A stretch of DNA of 64,000 nucleotides from an uncultured Gemmatimonadaceae bacterium (lineage in GTDB: Bacteria; Gemmatimonadota; Gemmatimonadetes; Gemmatimonadales; Gemmatimonadaceae): positions 704,001-768,000 of the forward strand of contig CAWBOC010000009.1 of assembly GCA_963790305.1 (NCBI GenBank), in the 5' to 3' direction. Below the pieces are notes generated by a model, which saw only the letters and a list, made by a program, of their open reading frames with translations, ran no database searches and had not been told where the DNA came from. This document shows positions 29,200-40,480 of this stretch, piece by piece (the stretch's first letter is position 1; every line of letters begins with the position of its first letter). The translations under genes and the position numbers were made by a program.

Positions 29200-29759
29200 C
29201 GGTCACGCTTCAGCTCGACGGCCAGCCACGCGCGCGCCGCACGAAGCTCTCGTTTGACGGTGGCGAGCGAGACGTTCAGCGCTTCAGCCGTCTCCTCGAG
29301 CGACAGCCCGCCGAAGTACCGCTGCTCGAGGATCTTGCTGCGTCGCTCGTCGAGGGCGGCAAGCCGTTGAAGCGCCTGATCCAGCTCCATGATTGGCTCG
29401 ACGGCAACATCCGGAATCCAGGTGGCTTCGTCGAGCGGTAGCGTCGCCCCGCCGAGCCCTCGTTTCGCTGCCGTACGAGTGCGTGCGTGGTCGACCAGCA
29501 GGTGCCGCATCACGCGCGAGGCGAGGCCGAGGAAATGGCCGCGGTTCTGCACGCGCATACCCGGCGAGTCGATCAGCTTCAGATAGGCCTCGTGCACGAG
29601 CCCGGTCGTGTTGAGCGATGCGTCGGGCTCGCTGCGCAGCCGCTGTCGGGCGAGCTGCCGGAGCCGCTCATACATGAGTGGCATCAACTGATCGAGCGCG
29701 CCGGCATCGCCCTCCTCCCAGCGGCGGAGCAGCAGCGTGATGTCGGCCGGGTCGGCCAC
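29196..29759 (-). CDS. ECF sigma factor, TIGR02999 type
   Basis: ITLLLRRWEEGD...LNTTGLVHEAYLKL...YFGGLS-EETAEAL-VSLATVKR. Confidence 0.92.
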   Translation of the reverse strand: MADPADITLLLRRWEEGDAGALDQLMPLMYERLRQLARQRLRSEPDASLNTTGLVHEAYLKLIDSPGMRVQNRGHFLGLASRVMRHLLVDHARTRTAAKRGLGGATLPLDEATWIPDVAVEPIMELDQALQRLAALDERRSKILEQRYFGGLSLEETAEALNVSLATVKRELRAARAWLAVELKRDR

Positions 29760-29765
29760 GAGCTC

Positions 29766-32642
29766 TCAGTTCCTGGAGAAGCGGCCGAGCAGCGCTTCGA
29801 ATCGCGGGTCGCTGCGAAGGGGATCGAAGGTAGGATCCAGGCGCAGGAGCGGAACCGAGACTTCCCTACCCGCGGGCATCGCAAGCAGGATCTCGATCAG
29901 CTCGAGCGCCGCATCGACCTCGCCGAGCTGCGCGAAGATCTCGACCGCGCCGCCCATGTACGCCGTCGCGCCAGGGCTGTTGTCCGACACGGGGACGAGC
30001 TCCGTTGCCATGCGGGCTTCGCGCATCGCGTCGGCACGGCGGTGCAGTCCGGCGTACGCGAGGCCAAGCGCCACGCGGATTCCTGCGGCGCGCGGCTGGG
30101 CCGCGACACTGTCCTCGAGGAGCGCCCTCGCCTCTTCGTAGGCCGAGCGGGCTCGCGTGGTGTCACCCATTCGTTCGAGCGTCTGCGCTCGCAACAGGGA
30201 CACTGGGCGGTAGACGAGATTATCCCCAAGGATGGCCAAGTCGACGCTATCGAGGGATGCCAGCGCTTCGGCGTAGCGGCGCCTGATGTGATGCACGGTG
30301 TAGTGTCCGTATGGCGTCTGTCGCCCGGGATTGGGCCCGAGCGGAATCCGGCGTATGGCTGCCTCGAGCGAGTCGACATCACCTCGCCTGAGATAGTTGA
30401 AGCCCCGAATCATTTGAGGGAACTCATTGGCCGGATCGATGGCGATCACATGATCCCAGTGCGCGATCGACTCGTCGTACCGCCGCAGCCGTGCGTATGT
30501 GAGCGCGGCCTGAGCGTGGCCGCTCATGTCGCGCGGGTCGAGCCGGCTGGCGCGTTCGAACGCGCTCACCGCCTCTTCCCAGCGGCCGATCTGGCGCAGG
30601 CTGAGGCCGAGGAGGCGAAACAGGTGCGGGGCGTTCGGGCGACCCGTCACGGCGCGCTCCAGCTCACTGACCGCCTGCAGCTCATCGCCGCGGAGTGACC
30701 AATAGGTGGCGAGCGCCTCGTGGGCTTCCGGCATGCCAGGTTCCAGTCGGAGAGCGGCCTCCGCCTCGAGGCGTGCCTGGTCGCGCCGCGCGGTAGTCCG
30801 GTCGAATCGGGCGAGTGTGAGATGTGACATGGCGAGGCCCGCGCGCGGAGCGGCAAACTCGGGGTCGCTCTCCCGTGCTCGCGCGTGATACGACTGCGCG
30901 TGTTGAAGGCTTTCCACCTGTGGCCGAGTGAGATTCCGCGGCATACTGACATTGCCGGACCCGGTGCCGATCTGAGCGGCCCTCCCGCGCAGGTAAAGGT
31001 CGTACGCGTCCGCACTTGTCGTGGGAACGTGCATCAACACGGCGCGTTCGCTGCGCGTCAGGTCGAGGTCGAGGGCCGCGACGATCCCGTCCGTCGCGCT
31101 CCGCTGCAACGCGAGCACGGTGTTGACGGGGCCGCGATACTCGCGCGTCCAGACACGGCGGTTCTCACCCGCGTCGAACAGCTCGACCTGGAGCCGCACC
31201 TCGTCGCCCGTCCGCCTAACGCTACCGACGACGACCGCACCGGCGCCGAGCTCGTTGGCGATGTCCATGGTCCGCTTGCCAGAGGCGCGGTACTCCACTG
31301 CGGCCCACTGCGCGGGCACGGCGACCGCGCTCAGCCGTGACAGCCGGGTCGCGATCTCATCGGCGAGCGCTACGCCGAGGTAACGGGTGTCGTCGCTCGC
31401 GCCGGGGGTTTCGAACGGCAGCACCGCCACAATGCGAGGCTCGCCCGCTCCCGTTGCCGCTTCTGCCCCGAGCCGCCACGCCGCGATGATGCCAGCCGTC
31501 ACGACCAACGCGACCACCGAGGCCCACACACGTGGGCGCCGCGCGACTCCGGTGAGCGCGGAACGCCACCGACGCACGTTAGCCGGCGGCGACCGCGATT
31601 CCAGCCCGGTCAATTCGGCCGCAACGGCTTCTGCCGGCGCGCGGCGGTCGCGTGGGTGTCTTGCCAGCAGTCCCAGCACCAGGGCGTCCAGCGCGGGCGA
31701 GATGTCGGGCCGGAGCACCGACGGTCGAACGGGATCGTCGTGCACGATCGCGTGGGCGATCGCGATCTCGTGCTCGCCTTCGAATGGACGGCGGCCCGTC
31801 AACATCTCGTAGAGCAGCACACCCAGGGCCCAGAGGTCGGCGCGGCCGTCGACCTTCTCACCGCGAACCTGCTCAGGCGCCATGTAGGACACCGTACCCA
31901 CGGTGGCGTGTGACTTGGTCAGCGTCACATCTCCCACCCTCGCCACACCGAAATCGAGGATCTTCAGGCCGCCGTCAGAAAGGATGATCGCGTTCGCCGG
32001 CTTGAGATCACGGTGCACGATGCCGGCGCGATGGGCGGCGTGCAGGCCCCGCGCGATCTGTACCGCGATGGCGAGTGCATCGGCGATCGGCAGCGGGCCC
32101 AGGCGCGCAATGCGCGCCTTCAGCGTCTCACCCTCGTACAGCGGCATGGCGAGGAAGAGCTGCCCGTCAGCCGTCTCGCCCGCCTCGTAGATGCTACAGA
32201 TGTTCGAGTGATCGAGTGCGGCCGCCGCGCGGGCCTCGCGCAGGAACCGCTCGCGCACCTGCGGGTCGAGCTGTTGCCCTGGGAGCGGAAACTTGAGCGC
32301 GACGGGGCGCCCGAGCTGGGTGTCGGTCGCTCGATAGACCACGCCCATGCCCCCGGCCGCCAGCGGCTCGACGATGCGGAAGTGGGCAATCGTTAGGCCG
32401 ACGAGCTTCAGCACGTCGCCGCGCGCCGGAGGAACGGTCCCGAATATCGCGTCGAGTGGTCTGAGGCTGCAGTCGGAGCTCCCGTCCGCTTCGAGTAGCG
32501 CTTCGAGTGCGCGCCGGGCAGCCGGGTCGGCGGCGCCGATGGCCGCAAGTCTTTCGGCTCGTGCGCCGGTATCCAGCTCCACGAGCGCATCGAACGCGGC
32601 GCACAGCTCCGCCCACTGCACTGGATCGGAGGCCTGGGTCAT
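29766..32642 (-). CDS. Ser/Thr protein kinase with TolB-like and TPR domains
   Basis: GGMGVVY, VALK, HRDLKPAN, DFG, YMAPE, TM, VAVLPFE, TPRs, DPTFDPLRSDPRF. Confidence 0.92.
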   Translation of the reverse strand: MTQASDPVQWAELCAAFDALVELDTGARAERLAAIGAADPAARRALEALLEADGSSDCSLRPLDAIFGTVPPARGDVLKLVGLTIAHFRIVEPLAAGGMGVVYRATDTQLGRPVALKFPLPGQQLDPQVRERFLREARAAAALDHSNICSIYEAGETADGQLFLAMPLYEGETLKARIARLGPLPIADALAIAVQIARGLHAAHRAGIVHRDLKPANAIILSDGGLKILDFGVARVGDVTLTKSHATVGTVSYMAPEQVRGEKVDGRADLWALGVLLYEMLTGRRPFEGEHEIAIAHAIVHDDPVRPSVLRPDISPALDALVLGLLARHPRDRRAPAEAVAAELTGLESRSPPANVRRWRSALTGVARRPRVWASVVALVVTAGIIAAWRLGAEAATGAGEPRIVAVLPFETPGASDDTRYLGVALADEIATRLSRLSAVAVPAQWAAVEYRASGKRTMDIANELGAGAVVVGSVRRTGDEVRLQVELFDAGENRRVWTREYRGPVNTVLALQRSATDGIVAALDLDLTRSERAVLMHVPTTSADAYDLYLRGRAAQIGTGSGNVSMPRNLTRPQVESLQHAQSYHARARESDPEFAAPRAGLAMSHLTLARFDRTTARRDQARLEAEAALRLEPGMPEAHEALATYWSLRGDELQAVSELERAVTGRPNAPHLFRLLGLSLRQIGRWEEAVSAFERASRLDPRDMSGHAQAALTYARLRRYDESIAHWDHVIAIDPANEFPQMIRGFNYLRRGDVDSLEAAIRRIPLGPNPGRQTPYGHYTVHHIRRRYAEALASLDSVDLAILGDNLVYRPVSLLRAQTLERMGDTTRARSAYEEARALLEDSVAAQPRAAGIRVALGLAYAGLHRRADAMREARMATELVPVSDNSPGATAYMGGAVEIFAQLGEVDAALELIEILLAMPAGREVSVPLLRLDPTFDPLRSDPRFEALLGRFSRN

Positions 32643-32798
32643 TCCGCGAAGCGGAGGAAGGTCAGGATCCCGCTGAAAGAGATAGTAAGGCGGACGGTCG
32701 ACCTGCGCCAATACGAATGTCCGCCTGCATCTCGTGAGCCGATTTGCCCGTGGATTCCGCTACACAGGCAGACCGCTCTCACCATTGGAGGCGACACC

Positions 32799-33833
32799 AT
32801 GCTCACCGGACCTCACGCCACTCGTCGAACCATGATCCGGCTCGTTATCCTGTCCTTCTGTGCAGCCGTGCTTCCCGCGGCGTGCGACGCCGGACGAGAC
32901 CCGACCGCACCGGCTCCGGCCCTGAGGGCCAGCGTCACCGGTTCCGCCACTGGCGATCCGATCATCGGAGACGTGTTCGAGTTCGCCGAATTCGCCCTGT
33001 ACGTGCCGGCGAGTCCCACCATCGTCCGTGGAGTCCTCATCGCGTTAGGCGGGCCGGACACGAGAGCATTCGCGACCGGGAAACGGTTTGGCGCACCGAT
33101 GCCGGCGGTCGAGGCGTCGCTGCAGCTGCTCGGCCAGGGGTTCCGGACCATGGCGTCCAGCCACGGACTCGCGGTCCTCGGGACCTCGCGGGCCGCGATG
33201 GCGAATGGTCCCGCCAGTGATCAGCTTCTCCGCGCCGCCGTTGAGACAGCGGCGGTGAGGAGCGGCCGCCCCGAGCTTCCATTCACTCCCATGCTCATGT
33301 ACGGCTTATCGGGTGGGGCGCCCCAGGCCTCCGGCTTCACTGCCAGAAATCCCGAATCAGTCGCCGGTCTGTTTCTGAAAGTTCCGGCCAGCGTGTCGTC
33401 ATTGACGAGCGGTGATGCGCTGAGAGTCCCGACCTATGTCGTCCTGGCCGAGCTCGATGTCTTCGTGAACAACGCGACGCTCACGGCGGCGTTCGAGAGC
33501 AACCGGCGCGCCGGGGCGATCTGGGCGCTGGCAAAGGAGCTCGGTGTGCCTCACCACTCGCTCTCATCAGTTCAACGCGAGGTGACGCTCAACTGGATGC
33601 GCACCGTACTCGAACGTCGTCTGTTGCCCGTCCACGCGCAGGGCCCGCTCCGCAAAATGGTCGAGCCCACCGGGTGGCTCGGGGACCGAGCAACGGGCGA
33701 GGCGGCGCCGTGGGCCAAATACGCGGGAGATCGTGCGTCGGCCAGTTGGCTTCCGTCAGAGAGCGCTGCGATGGAGTGGGAAGCGCTCGTCGCACCGCCG
33801 ACAATCACCGTGAGCCAGTCGCCCACGCCGTGA
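32799..33833 (+). CDS. Alpha/beta-hydrolase-like lipoprotein
   Basis: Lipobox LPAAC; GLSGG nucleophile-elbow-like motif. Confidence 0.7.
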   Translation: MLTGPHATRRTMIRLVILSFCAAVLPAACDAGRDPTAPAPALRASVTGSATGDPIIGDVFEFAEFALYVPASPTIVRGVLIALGGPDTRAFATGKRFGAPMPAVEASLQLLGQGFRTMASSHGLAVLGTSRAAMANGPASDQLLRAAVETAAVRSGRPELPFTPMLMYGLSGGAPQASGFTARNPESVAGLFLKVPASVSSLTSGDALRVPTYVVLAELDVFVNNATLTAAFESNRRAGAIWALAKELGVPHHSLSSVQREVTLNWMRTVLERRLLPVHAQGPLRKMVEPTGWLGDRATGEAAPWAKYAGDRASASWLPSESAAMEWEALVAPPTITVSQSPTP

Positions 33834-36132
33834 TGCTGAGCCCGATCGACATCGCGCGCGGTGATCCCGATTCGTAAAAGCGGCCGACGCCCTCGTTTGC
33901 CAGGACGTTGCCGGCGTACCTGAGTCCGAAGAGATTCTCCACGCCGCCGAACAGCGTGGCCGGGCCCAGTCGCCACGCGGCGTTGATGTGCAGCAGGGCC
34001 CGCGCCGGTACGGCGCGAAAGGGCACCTGCTGCACAGCCGCGCCCGGCCGAAAGTACCAGATGCCCGCATCGGTGTTGCCACTCTCGACGTACACGATGC
34101 TCTGCCACTCGACCTGCACCCCGAAGTCCAGCGCAGGCGCCGGCCTGACGCGAGCCTCGCCGGTGAGTCGGTGCCTCGGCACCCCAGGGAGCAGCTTGCC
34201 GGAGAAATCAGTCTCCTGAAACGTTCCAGTAGAATCCGGGACAAACGAGGTATAGTCCCGCATCCGGAGATCCAGGAACGAATAGCTGGCCACAAGCTCG
34301 ACGTGGCGTGTCGCGCGCGTGGTCACGCCCAGCTCGACGCCAATGTTGCGTGAGCGGCTGGCGTTCTCCGGGTTGCTCACGTTGTCGATCGTGCGGGGAA
34401 CGAACTCTCCCCGAACATCGGCGTAGAAGACTGACCCTTCGAGCAGCGCGCGATCGCCCACAATGCGCCGCGCGCCCACCTCGTAGTTCCACAGCGATTT
34501 TGGACGCAACGACAGGGAGAGCTGGCCGGCGGGATTCTGCGAGAGCTCGCCGATGGCGGGGACCTCGAGGCCCCGCCCCACCGACGTGTAAAGCGACATC
34601 GCGGAGTCGAGTCTCCATACGGCGGACAGTTTGGGCGAGAGCTGGTCGAACGTTGTCGCTTGCTCCGCGATGGACGCATAGCTCTCGAAGCGGTACGTGA
34701 CCCGGTCGTACCGCACACCAAGGGTCACACCGGCCACGCGCGTCGCCCGCCACTCGATCTGCGAGTAGGCCCCGAGGTTCGGAACGCGGAAATATCCGTC
34801 GTCATACATCGGGCCGCGGACGCCGCTGTCGTTCACCCACCGCTGATCCCGGCCGAAGATGTTGTCGTAGTCGAGCCCGATGGTCGCGTCAACGGGCGAG
34901 CGGGCAATCCGGTCCGCCCGGAGCCGCGCCCCGCCCTGAATCCGATGGAAATTGCCGTCTACGATCCCCATCACGGTGGGAAAGCGGAGGGTGCGGCCGC
35001 CGTAGAAGAAGTGCCCGCTCGCGATCCCGTTCCCGACGACCTGTTCCACGCGGGCGCCAGCACGCCAGCGATTGTCGCCGCGCCCCAATCCGAACGTCAC
35101 GGCGGTTGGCGCCGCATCATCAGGATTGGCGTCGAACTGTGGCTGGTTCTGGGAACCCGGCAGCCGTACGTCGAGACGCGAGCCGTTGGCCTGGATGGCG
35201 ATGCGTGTCCCGGGCGAGGCGACGTAGTCGAATGCCACCTGCGCACGCACGACGTCGCCGTCGCTGTGTCCCCGGTATCCGTCCGCCGATGTGTACGAAC
35301 CCGCAGCAAATCCGCTTGCCCGGCCGCTCGCGAACACCCCGCCCGCACGGCCATCGTACTTCTGGAGCCCGAAGGCACCCCCCATGGCACGAACGGAGAT
35401 GCCGCGGCTGTCGCGCCCCGTACGCGACAGCACGTTCACCACGCCGTTCGGCGAGCCGGCGTACAGCGCGGAGACGGGGCCACGCACCACTTCGACCTGT
35501 CGTGAGGCTGCGAGCTCGATGAGGTCGAGGCGTGCCACTCCGTCGGACTCGGTGAGCGGGATGCCGTCGAGGAGCACCGCGACACCGCGCACCGCCTGTG
35601 ACGCGCGCGATGCCGACCCGCGGATGCCGATTCTCACATCCTCCATGCCGCCGTAGCGCGAGACCACCTGCACCCCTGGCATCATCCTGAGCGTTTCGTG
35701 CAACCCGACGGTCCGGGCGCGACGAATGGCCGACGTATCGGCGACGGAAACCGCTGCCGCCACCTCGCTCACGCTCCGGGCATCCCGCGTGGCCGACGTG
35801 ACGATCGGGTCCAGGATGGCGGCGACGGGCTCAAGCGGTATCTCGACCGCTGTGATCGCGTTCGCGCGCACCTGAAGCACAACCACGACCGGAGCGAACC
35901 CAACGAGACGCACCGCCACCTGCACCTGACCCGCGGGCAGATCGCGAAACTCGAAGAACCCTCCCGCGTCGGTGCGCGTCCTGGCGCCTAACGGGCGCAG
36001 CTCGAGGTGTGCATCGCCCAGCCCGACGGGCCGGTCGGTGCGAACAACATGGCCTTGTATGATGCCGCCCTGTGCGGCCAGGCGTGTGACAGCAGCCGCC
36101 AGGAGGATCGCGACAGCCGTAACCCGGATCAT
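33805..36132 (-). CDS. TonB-dependent receptor
   Basis: Carboxypeptidase-like N-domain, plug (VEVVRGPVSALY), barrel motifs NYEVG, VENLFG. Confidence 0.9.
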   Translation of the reverse strand: MIRVTAVAILLAAAVTRLAAQGGIIQGHVVRTDRPVGLGDAHLELRPLGARTRTDAGGFFEFRDLPAGQVQVAVRLVGFAPVVVVLQVRANAITAVEIPLEPVAAILDPIVTSATRDARSVSEVAAAVSVADTSAIRRARTVGLHETLRMMPGVQVVSRYGGMEDVRIGIRGSASRASQAVRGVAVLLDGIPLTESDGVARLDLIELAASRQVEVVRGPVSALYAGSPNGVVNVLSRTGRDSRGISVRAMGGAFGLQKYDGRAGGVFASGRASGFAAGSYTSADGYRGHSDGDVVRAQVAFDYVASPGTRIAIQANGSRLDVRLPGSQNQPQFDANPDDAAPTAVTFGLGRGDNRWRAGARVEQVVGNGIASGHFFYGGRTLRFPTVMGIVDGNFHRIQGGARLRADRIARSPVDATIGLDYDNIFGRDQRWVNDSGVRGPMYDDGYFRVPNLGAYSQIEWRATRVAGVTLGVRYDRVTYRFESYASIAEQATTFDQLSPKLSAVWRLDSAMSLYTSVGRGLEVPAIGELSQNPAGQLSLSLRPKSLWNYEVGARRIVGDRALLEGSVFYADVRGEFVPRTIDNVSNPENASRSRNIGVELGVTTRATRHVELVASYSFLDLRMRDYTSFVPDSTGTFQETDFSGKLLPGVPRHRLTGEARVRPAPALDFGVQVEWQSIVYVESGNTDAGIWYFRPGAAVQQVPFRAVPARALLHINAAWRLGPATLFGGVENLFGLRYAGNVLANEGVGRFYESGSPRAMSIGLSITAWATGSR

Positions 36133-36238
36133 TCTCGAGAAGCGGAGGAAGGTCAACGTGGTGCTACGGGAGACAGTATGGCGCTTGACCGGCCGGCGAA
36201 AGAAGGGAGCGAGCTGTCTAGCTGAGCAACTCGCTTCG

Positions 36239-37033
36239 TTATGCTCCGCCGGCCCCCGTCCGCTTCCGCGCGATGGCCCTCGCCGGCGCTCCTTCGTGCC
36301 CGGCAACCTTGAGAGGTAGCACGATCACATCGTAGTCACCCGCCTGCACGGCACGCAGGTCGAGTCCCTCCACGATCGGAATTTCGCGCCCGAGCAGGAT
36401 CTGGTGCGTCCGCGGTGCCGGAGCGCCGAATTGCTCCGCCGAGATGTAGTCGACGCCGACGAGCACGACGCCCGCGTCGGCGAGGAGCTGCGCAGCGTCC
36501 GGTGCGATGTACGCGAAATCCTTGTGAAACTCCCGTGAGTCCATCCAGCCGCGATGCGAGCTGCGCGTGCGGAACAGCACGCGCCTGGCGCTCCTCCAGT
36601 CGTGTCGGTTCAACTCGGCCGCGTCGATCGCCTGCACGCTGTCGGGGATCTCGATCACTCGCGCTCCGCCGATCAACCTGTCCAGCGGCACCCGGTCGAT
36701 CGGTGCGGCGTTGGCGATGAAATGCATCGGCGCGTCGATGTGCGTCCCGCTGTGCGCGCCCATCGAGAAGGCCGACAGCGTCACGAAATCGCCCGTCCGC
36801 ATGTGTCTGAGGAAATCGAACTTCATCGGCGCGTCGCCTTCGTACACCGGAGTCTTCGCCGGATCGAGCGTCGCCGAGATATCGATCCACCCCTGGCTGC
36901 TCAACTCACCCGTCGCCGTGGTATCGGTCGTGTCCTGCTTGCGGGGAGCACACGCCAACAGCCCGAGAGCCACGGCGACCACTATGCCCCGTACACCAGG
37001 GATCGCGGAGGCGCCGCGTCTCACAGCGTCCAA
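36239..37033 (-). CDS. Cyclase family (kynurenine formamidase-like) protein
   Basis: [32 protein letters not shown]. Confidence 0.88.
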   Translation of the reverse strand: MDAVRRGASAIPGVRGIVVAVALGLLACAPRKQDTTDTTATGELSSQGWIDISATLDPAKTPVYEGDAPMKFDFLRHMRTGDFVTLSAFSMGAHSGTHIDAPMHFIANAAPIDRVPLDRLIGGARVIEIPDSVQAIDAAELNRHDWRSARRVLFRTRSSHRGWMDSREFHKDFAYIAPDAAQLLADAGVVLVGVDYISAEQFGAPAPRTHQILLGREIPIVEGLDLRAVQAGDYDVIVLPLKVAGHEGAPARAIARKRTGAGGA

Positions 37034-38607
37034 CCCGGCCGGTATTCGCGCGTGAGATGCGCGTTCGCCGCCTCATTGTTGGTGACCTTCATGTTCTGGC
37101 CGTCGTACAGGATCTTCCGCCCCTGCCCAGCACGCAGGGCGACGATGCCGAGGAGCATGACTTCCGTCAGCGGGGCGGCATAGTCGAATGGGCAGCTCGC
37201 GGTGGTCTCGCCCTTACACGCCTGCACCCAGTTGACCTCGTGAGACACTTCGATCCGTGGAACGGTCTTCGGCACGCTCTCGGCTCGCTTCGCCAGGGCC
37301 GCCGGATATACCGTGGGATTATTGCCATACGTCTCGTACGTGAGAATCCCGCGATCCCCGATGAACACGCCGCCGCCGCCGTCGCCCGTCGGCAGCGTGA
37401 CGTCGTCAGGCAGGAACGGCGGACGCATGGGCATGAGCCCCCCATCGTACCAGTACATGGTGAGCGCGGGACGCGCCGGTGTCCGCCCCACGGCCCGCTG
37501 CGCCGGGAAGACGTACCTGGCGGTCATGGCCGCGGGGTACGAAGCCGGATCGTTAGGTGGACCGCCCCACGCGGTCGAGGTCGCCTCGACGCTGGTGGGG
37601 TACGTGAGCCCGAGCGCCCAGTACGGCTGATCGATCAGATGGGCGCCCATGTCGCCAATGGCGCTCACACCAAAATCCACCCAGCCGCGCCAGCTGAACG
37701 GGTGATATGCCGGGTGGTAGGGGACCTGTTTCGCGGGACCGAGAAAGAGGTCCCAATTCAGCCCCTCTGGCGGCGTCTGGGGATTCGCCGCCATTTCCTT
37801 GAGAATCGCGCGCTCCACGGTGCGGACGTTCCACCGCGGCGGAATGGGAACCGGCGGAGACGGTGGCGACGCGGCCGCCTGGGCTTGCGCCGCCTGCTGC
37901 GCCGCGTCCTGCCCGGGCCGCGGAATGCCCTGGGCCCAGAATCGCTGCGGACGGTCGGTCCAGATGTGCACTTCGCGAATCGGCCCCAGAATGCCAGCCC
38001 CGATCAACTCCTTGATGCGACGCGTACCTTCCATCGAGTGACCCTGATTTCCCATTTGGGTCACCACACGGGTCTCCTTGGCCGTCTGCGCCAACACACG
38101 CGCTTCATGAACCGAATACGTGAGCGGCTTCTGCACGTACACGTGCTTTCCTGCTTTCATGGCCATGTTCGCGATCACCGCGTGCGTGTGATCGGGGGTC
38201 CCGATCACGACCGCGTCGATGTCCCTCTGCTTTTCGAGCATCTCCCGGAAGTCGGCGTACTTCACCGCCTTGGTGTAAATCTCCTGGAGCTTGCGCGACT
38301 CCGTCATCCGCTCGGCTTCGCGCGCGGCATCCACCTGGGGCCCCTGCCGCGGCCGCAGCCTGCCTTCCAGCGCACGCTCTACGTAGGGGAAGTCGACATC
38401 ACAGATCGCAACGATGTTCTCGCTGAAGAGCCGCGACATGTTGCTCATCCCCATCCCGCCAGCTCCCACGATCGCGATGTTCAACGTCGCGCTGGGTGCC
38501 TGGAAGCCTCGACCACCAAGGATGTGTCTCGGGAGAATCATGGCTCCGAGTGCCACCTTGGTAGTGTCGGTGATGAAGTCGCGGCGAGTTGGGTGGTGAG
38601 GTGACAT
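37021..38607 (-). CDS. Gfo/Idh/MocA oxidoreductase (Tat-like signal)
   Basis: [31 protein letters not shown]. Confidence 0.9.
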   Translation of the reverse strand: MSPHHPTRRDFITDTTKVALGAMILPRHILGGRGFQAPSATLNIAIVGAGGMGMSNMSRLFSENIVAICDVDFPYVERALEGRLRPRQGPQVDAAREAERMTESRKLQEIYTKAVKYADFREMLEKQRDIDAVVIGTPDHTHAVIANMAMKAGKHVYVQKPLTYSVHEARVLAQTAKETRVVTQMGNQGHSMEGTRRIKELIGAGILGPIREVHIWTDRPQRFWAQGIPRPGQDAAQQAAQAQAAASPPSPPVPIPPRWNVRTVERAILKEMAANPQTPPEGLNWDLFLGPAKQVPYHPAYHPFSWRGWVDFGVSAIGDMGAHLIDQPYWALGLTYPTSVEATSTAWGGPPNDPASYPAAMTARYVFPAQRAVGRTPARPALTMYWYDGGLMPMRPPFLPDDVTLPTGDGGGGVFIGDRGILTYETYGNNPTVYPAALAKRAESVPKTVPRIEVSHEVNWVQACKGETTASCPFDYAAPLTEVMLLGIVALRAGQGRKILYDGQNMKVTNNEAANAHLTREYRPGWTL

Positions 38608-38688
38608 GGCCAGCGTCTCCCTGAATGGTTGAGGAGTATTCGGTCGACAACGTATCACTGTGAGAGCCCGATCGGCGAGGAGGTCCTG

Positions 38689-39489
38689 ATGGACAGTCGA
38701 GAACGGATGGGCAAGAGCGTCGCCACGCTCGTCGTGCTCGCCGCGTTTGTCGTGGCGTATCGCTGCGACGCGCAGCAGCGGTCCCCTGCGCCCGCGATCG
38801 CGTGGCCGATCCACGATACGACTCGCGCGCAACCACGCGTGGTGGACCCTGGTCCGCCTGCGTTTTCAACACGGGCGCCGTCGGACGCCATCGTGCTCTT
38901 CGACGGGCGCGATGCGTCGGAGTGGCGGACCGGGGACGGCGGCCCATCACGATGGAAGGTCGAGAATGGGTACATGGAAGTCGTTGGCAAAGCGGGCGGC
39001 ATCGCGACCGTGCGCGCGTTTGGCGACTGTCAGCTGCACCTCGAGTGGGCGGCGCCTCTCCAGCCCGTGGGCTCGGGCCAGGCGCGCGGCAATAGCGGCG
39101 TGTTCCTGATGGGGAGATACGAGGTGCAGGTGCTCGACTCGTATCGAAACAGCACGTATCCGGACGGACAGGCGGCCGCGATCTACGGGCAGTATCCGCC
39201 GCTCGTCAATGTCAGTCGGGCACCCGGTGAATGGCAGGCGTATGACATCATCTTCAGGCGGCCGCGCTTCAATGCACGGGGCGAGATGGTCGAACCGGCC
39301 CGCATCACCGTGATGCACAATGGCGTGCTGGTACAGGATGCCGTCGAACTCACGGGCCCCTCGGGGCATCGAAACCGACCGCCGTACGCGGCGCACCCCG
39401 ACCGGCTTCCGATCGGGCTCCAGGATCACGACAGTCCGGTGCGGTTTCGCAATATCTGGGTGCGGGACCTCGAGGACTCGACGAAATGA
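38689..39489 (+). CDS. DUF1080 (3-keto-disaccharide hydrolase) protein
   Basis: [39 protein letters not shown]. Confidence 0.9.
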   Translation: MDSRERMGKSVATLVVLAAFVVAYRCDAQQRSPAPAIAWPIHDTTRAQPRVVDPGPPAFSTRAPSDAIVLFDGRDASEWRTGDGGPSRWKVENGYMEVVGKAGGIATVRAFGDCQLHLEWAAPLQPVGSGQARGNSGVFLMGRYEVQVLDSYRNSTYPDGQAAAIYGQYPPLVNVSRAPGEWQAYDIIFRRPRFNARGEMVEPARITVMHNGVLVQDAVELTGPSGHRNRPPYAAHPDRLPIGLQDHDSPVRFRNIWVRDLEDSTK

Positions 39490-40352
39490 CGTCCCATCTC
39501 GCCCGAATTGCCGGGATAACCATGCTCCTTGGTCTGTGCATGGTCTATCCATTTCTTCCCGGGAAGTACGATGCGTTGGCGTTGCCCTTGTCGACGACCG
39601 CTCAGCTGTTCGGAGCGGCCGCCCTGCTGCTCGTCCCGATAGCAGCAGCATGGTCGGTGTATGAAGCGAGGAAGCGAGGAAGAAACAGGGCTACCGCAAC
39701 TGCAGGTCGACGATACCACTTCGCGATGGCTTCGCTGATCGCCGCCTCGATTGCCGTGCCCGCGGCATCTCTTGTCGTATCGTTAGGTATCGGCATCTCC
39801 TTTGGTCTTCTTGCATTGACCCTCTGGGTGTATGCCGTCTATCGGTTGATTCCCAGGGTGCGGCTGCTGAAACGGGCGGAGGACACGAGCGTCAATCCGA
39901 CGCCATTCTATCTCGTCTTCATCCCGATTGCCGTACTGCTCCTTCAAATAACGATTGCCGCTCCCGTGACGGAGCTCAGCCGAAATCACGCGATCACGAA
40001 GAGCGCAGCGTTGATCGACGCCATTGAGAAGCACCATGCCGTACATGGGCGCTATCCGAGCTCTCTGCTGGCCGTTTGGCCGGACTACCATCCATCGGTG
40101 GTTGGCATCCAACAATTCCATTACGCGCCGAGGGGCAACGCATACAATCTGTTTTTCGAGCAGCCGAAGCTTCTGTTCGATGACTTCGGTACCAGAGAGT
40201 TCGTGATGTACAACAAGCTCAATGAGCACGTCATGTCCAGTCACGCCGCGTGGATTCTCGCGTGGACACCGGAGGAGCTGGCCGCACGGCACACATGGTA
40301 CGCCGTCCATGACGCCCCACACCGCCACTGGAAGTACTTTTGGTTTGATTGA
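39486..40352 (+). CDS. Hypothetical membrane protein
   Basis: Several TM helices followed by a soluble domain. Confidence 0.75.
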   Translation: MTSHLARIAGITMLLGLCMVYPFLPGKYDALALPLSTTAQLFGAAALLLVPIAAAWSVYEARKRGRNRATATAGRRYHFAMASLIAASIAVPAASLVVSLGIGISFGLLALTLWVYAVYRLIPRVRLLKRAEDTSVNPTPFYLVFIPIAVLLLQITIAAPVTELSRNHAITKSAALIDAIEKHHAVHGRYPSSLLAVWPDYHPSVVGIQQFHYAPRGNAYNLFFEQPKLLFDDFGTREFVMYNKLNEHVMSSHAAWILAWTPEELAARHTWYAVHDAPHRHWKYFWFD

Positions 40353-40385
40353 CTGACATCCTGACCGACGGCAACGGCAACGGCT

Positions 40386-40451
40386 TTGAACGCAGAGGAC
40401 GCGGAGTTCGCAGAGGTTTCCCTCCGCGCCCCCCGCGTCCTCTGCGTTAAA
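40386..40451. repeat. Intergenic palindrome (REP-like; possible bidirectional terminator)
   Basis: AACGCAGAGGACGCGG...CCGCGTCCTCTGCGTT between convergent genes. Confidence 0.8.
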
Positions 40452-40480
40452 AGGCAGTTGCAGTTCTCACAGTCGGCGCG

